The notes below the pieces were generated by a model. That model saw nothing but the letters and a program-made list of their open reading frames with translations, made no database searches and had not been told where the DNA came from. Made by a program: the position numbers and the translations under genes. A stretch of DNA of 64,000 bases, taken from IMG/VR virus record IMGVR_UViG_3300009710_000010, positions 30,549 through 94,548 of that record; one strand, 5' to 3'. Below, piece after piece: positions 61,466 through 64,000 of the stretch. This DNA is from a virus (lineage: Duplodnaviria; Caudoviricetes). Each line of letters begins with the position of its first letter. The stretch's first letter is position 1.

Positions 61466-64000
61466 TGGCAAGAATCAGAATAGCGGCTAGTAACCCAGCG
61501 TCAATACCAACGCCGCCAGCAAATAAAGCTACGATGTTTTTAGATATTACAGATATGTCGTTTAAGGCTAAATTGCCAGATGGATCTTTAATACCTATTT
61601 CAGCAACTCAAGAATATATTCAAGATCAATTTGCAAACTTTATACAAGACTCATCTACAATTAATTTTACGTATGATGACAATAGCAATTTAGCGTATTT
61701 AGAAGTTATTCAATCTGCACTAGATGTTTTTCAAATACCAGTAACTCCTAGTGGAAATTTAACATCTACAAATGTTGGAGCGGCTTTAAACGAGTTGCAG
61801 TCTAGTATAGATACTACCGACTCTAATTTAGCTACAGAAATTGCTAATAGAATTTCAGGTGATTCCAATTTACAGACTCAAATAACTAATCACATTAATG
61901 ATCCGGATCCGCATCCACAATATTTAAAAGAGGCAGATAACTTATTAGTAAATCCGCAAATAGTTAGAGTTAAAATTAGTAACGCAGGTGCTGGTGAATT
62001 TACTAGTTTAAATGCTGCTATCGCCTCTATTACAGATGCTGACCCTGAAACAAAACCATATGTAGTTATGGTTGGGGCGGGAGTTCACAATGTAGTGAAC
62101 CCATTAGTAATTCCGTCAGGCGTATCTATTCGAGGCGAAGGTATTAACGTTACGACTTTAAAACCAACTGTAGCTAATCAGCACTTGTTAATTCCTGGTA
62201 CTTTAACGGAAATCTCATTTTTAAATCTAAAAGGTATATCTGGATCTATTGGGTCTGGCAAAGCAGCCGTTTATTGTGAAAATGTTGGAGATTTTGCCCA
62301 GATTCATAAAGTATCTATTTATGACTTTGATATAGGTATCGAAAATAATTCTAATGGAGGAGACTCAACTATTTACGTCGAGTACACAGACATTAATGGT
62401 GATTTCTTACATGCTGTTAAAAACACTTCAGATGGTATTAATGCTAATAGACTTCAACTTGAAAACTTTTATACATACGAATCTGGAAATTCGTCTTCGG
62501 TTCATATTTTATCCTCAGGTGCTACTGCTGAACTTTTAATAAATTCAGCTGGATTGATTGGAGGAATTAACAATAAAGGTATAGTACTTTCAAATGGAGG
62601 TACTACTAAAATATCTGATACGTTTATTCAAGGGTTTTTAGGAGTTAATGGCGTTGGTCTTCAAAACGAAAATATAGGATCTGGATCTTTTATAGAAATT
62701 ACTTCAGTTTCTTTTAGTGATAATACTTCAGATCTACAAATATTAAATCCAAGTTCTACAGGTACAATATTAGGCGCGCTGGATAGAAATAAAGTTTCCA
62801 TTGTTAATGGCGCTGATTTTTCTGTTTCATTTTTAAATACTGATGAGAGCGGTATTACGTTTAACGGTAAAATATTCTACTCTCAAAATAACGTGCAAGA
62901 TGCGGAAGATATATCTGAGTTGATTATTAACACTCCACCGATGGGGGTAATCAACGGAGGTATTATTTCCCATGTTTCTGGGTTAACTATCAATATATCC
63001 CAAGGTTATGGATATAGAATGAACGGAGTCATTCCAAATAACGTCTTAGTACGTGAAACTTGGAATTCTACAAATTTAGTTATACCAGCAAGTTCTAATG
63101 TATTTGTGTATATGAATACTTCTGGAGTATTCGTTTCTAATTCGGCGTTTCCCAATACAGAAAACAATATTCTTTTAGGTAGAGTTATTAGTGATTCTAG
63201 CTCTATTTTATATATAAGTCAAACACCTCTACAAGCTCACCATTACAATAATAAAGTAGATAAGCTTCTTAGAGAGGCATTAGGACCCGTATACGTTTCG
63301 GGATCTTTAGTATCCGAAAACGGTACTCGCCAACTAGATGTCACTCAAGGAGAATATTATTATTCAGAAAACGAATTTATTCCAACAGGAGCAGTTATCG
63401 CAACTTGGGATGCATTTTATAAAAGTGCGACTCCTGGAGTATTTAATAGAATTGCGTCTCAAAATACAATATCGAATTCTCAATATGATGATGGTAGTGG
63501 GACTTTAGCCTCTATCCCGGCTTCTAGATTTACTAAACACGTTTTATATGTTTTAGGTGGACCTTCTGAAAAATATCTATTAGTGTTTGGTCAAGATACT
63601 TATGTTACTCAGGCTGAAGCTGAAGCAGCTCCACTTGCGATGCCTCCTAGTTTTGTAACTGGAGCCTTTGTAAGAATTGCGTCAATAGTGGTACAGCAAG
63701 GATCTGCAAATATATCTAGTATTGTGGATGAACGACCTCGAATAGGTTTTGCATCATCATCGACGGTTGGTGGCGTAACTTCTCATAGTGATTTATCTGG
63801 GTTAGGTAACGACGATCATACTCAATACTTGTTAGTAAGTGGTTCTAGACCTATGTCTGGAAATTTAGATATGGGTGGTAACAGCGTGGTAAACGTTGGT
63901 ACTATAGATGGCGTTGACGTTTCAAACCATGCGTCAAGACACTTACCAAACGGGGCAGATCCTTTAGCTACCGGAACTCCTTCAACTATTTCAGATTCTA
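61465..64000 (+). CDS. Long tailspike/tail-fibre protein with pectate-lyase-like beta-helix, truncated by the window end and absent from the ORF track
   Basis: Frame open from ATG 61465 to 64000 (about 845 aa); DPHPQY, GEFTSLNAAI...PSGVSIRGEG, DDHTQY, HASRH motifs. Confidence 0.8.
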   Translation, partial: MARIRIAASNPASIPTPPANKATMFLDITDMSFKAKLPDGSLIPISATQEYIQDQFANFIQDSSTINFTYDDNSNLAYLEVIQSALDVFQIPVTPSGNLTSTNVGAALNELQSSIDTTDSNLATEIANRISGDSNLQTQITNHINDPDPHPQYLKEADNLLVNPQIVRVKISNAGAGEFTSLNAAIASITDADPETKPYVVMVGAGVHNVVNPLVIPSGVSIRGEGINVTTLKPTVANQHLLIPGTLTEISFLNLKGISGSIGSGKAAVYCENVGDFAQIHKVSIYDFDIGIENNSNGGDSTIYVEYTDINGDFLHAVKNTSDGINANRLQLENFYTYESGNSSSVHILSSGATAELLINSAGLIGGINNKGIVLSNGGTTKISDTFIQGFLGVNGVGLQNENIGSGSFIEITSVSFSDNTSDLQILNPSSTGTILGALDRNKVSIVNGADFSVSFLNTDESGITFNGKIFYSQNNVQDAEDISELIINTPPMGVINGGIISHVSGLTINISQGYGYRMNGVIPNNVLVRETWNSTNLVIPASSNVFVYMNTSGVFVSNSAFPNTENNILLGRVISDSSSILYISQTPLQAHHYNNKVDKLLREALGPVYVSGSLVSENGTRQLDVTQGEYYYSENEFIPTGAVIATWDAFYKSATPGVFNRIASQNTISNSQYDDGSGTLASIPASRFTKHVLYVLGGPSEKYLLVFGQDTYVTQAEAEAAPLAMPPSFVTGAFVRIASIVVQQGSANISSIVDERPRIGFASSSTVGGVTSHSDLSGLGNDDHTQYLLVSGSRPMSGNLDMGGNSVVNVGTIDGVDVSNHASRHLPNGADPLATGTPSTISDS

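Noticed and set aside
18239-62539. Many 60-120 aa antisense or alternate-frame ORFs inside long genes (e.g. 18239, 21091, 33934, 38803, 49324, 62354)
   Set aside because: Shadow ORFs of well-supported genes, with no SDs or motifs
1-64000. Stop-codon recoding
   Set aside because: Core genes are full length in code 11 and TAA, TAG and TGA are all used as stops

Overview
This window is part of a large, AT-rich dsDNA tailed-phage genome read in the standard code. No CRISPR array, tRNA, intron or integrase was seen. Positions 1-17.9 kb are mostly minus-strand early/accessory genes: tmRNA, Fis-type HTH, HNH nucleases, pyrimidine-dimer glycosylase, ATP ligase, ThyX and an SF2 helicase. After an AT-rich strand switch at ~18 kb the plus strand carries GroEL, class II RNR, dCMP deaminase, primase-helicase, PolA, RecA/UvsY, SbcCD, RuvC and a lytic transglycosylase. 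An SPO1/Twort-like head module follows (terminase, portal, protease, capsid), with a trigger-factor-like FKBP, GroES and two ClpP genes embedded in it. Next come a putative base-hypermodification operon (55-59.8 kb) and the start of a long tailspike/fibre ORF. The most striking observation is at 2390-3351: two convergent ORFs look like reciprocal chimeras joined at in-frame 8-bp inverted repeats (TAGAAAAG). Flipping the ~606-bp segment between the repeats rebuilds an intact-looking 173-aa sigma factor (regions 2+4), so this is either an intragenic inversion switch or a fixed/artefactual inversion. All family calls come from motif recognition by eye, not from database searches.
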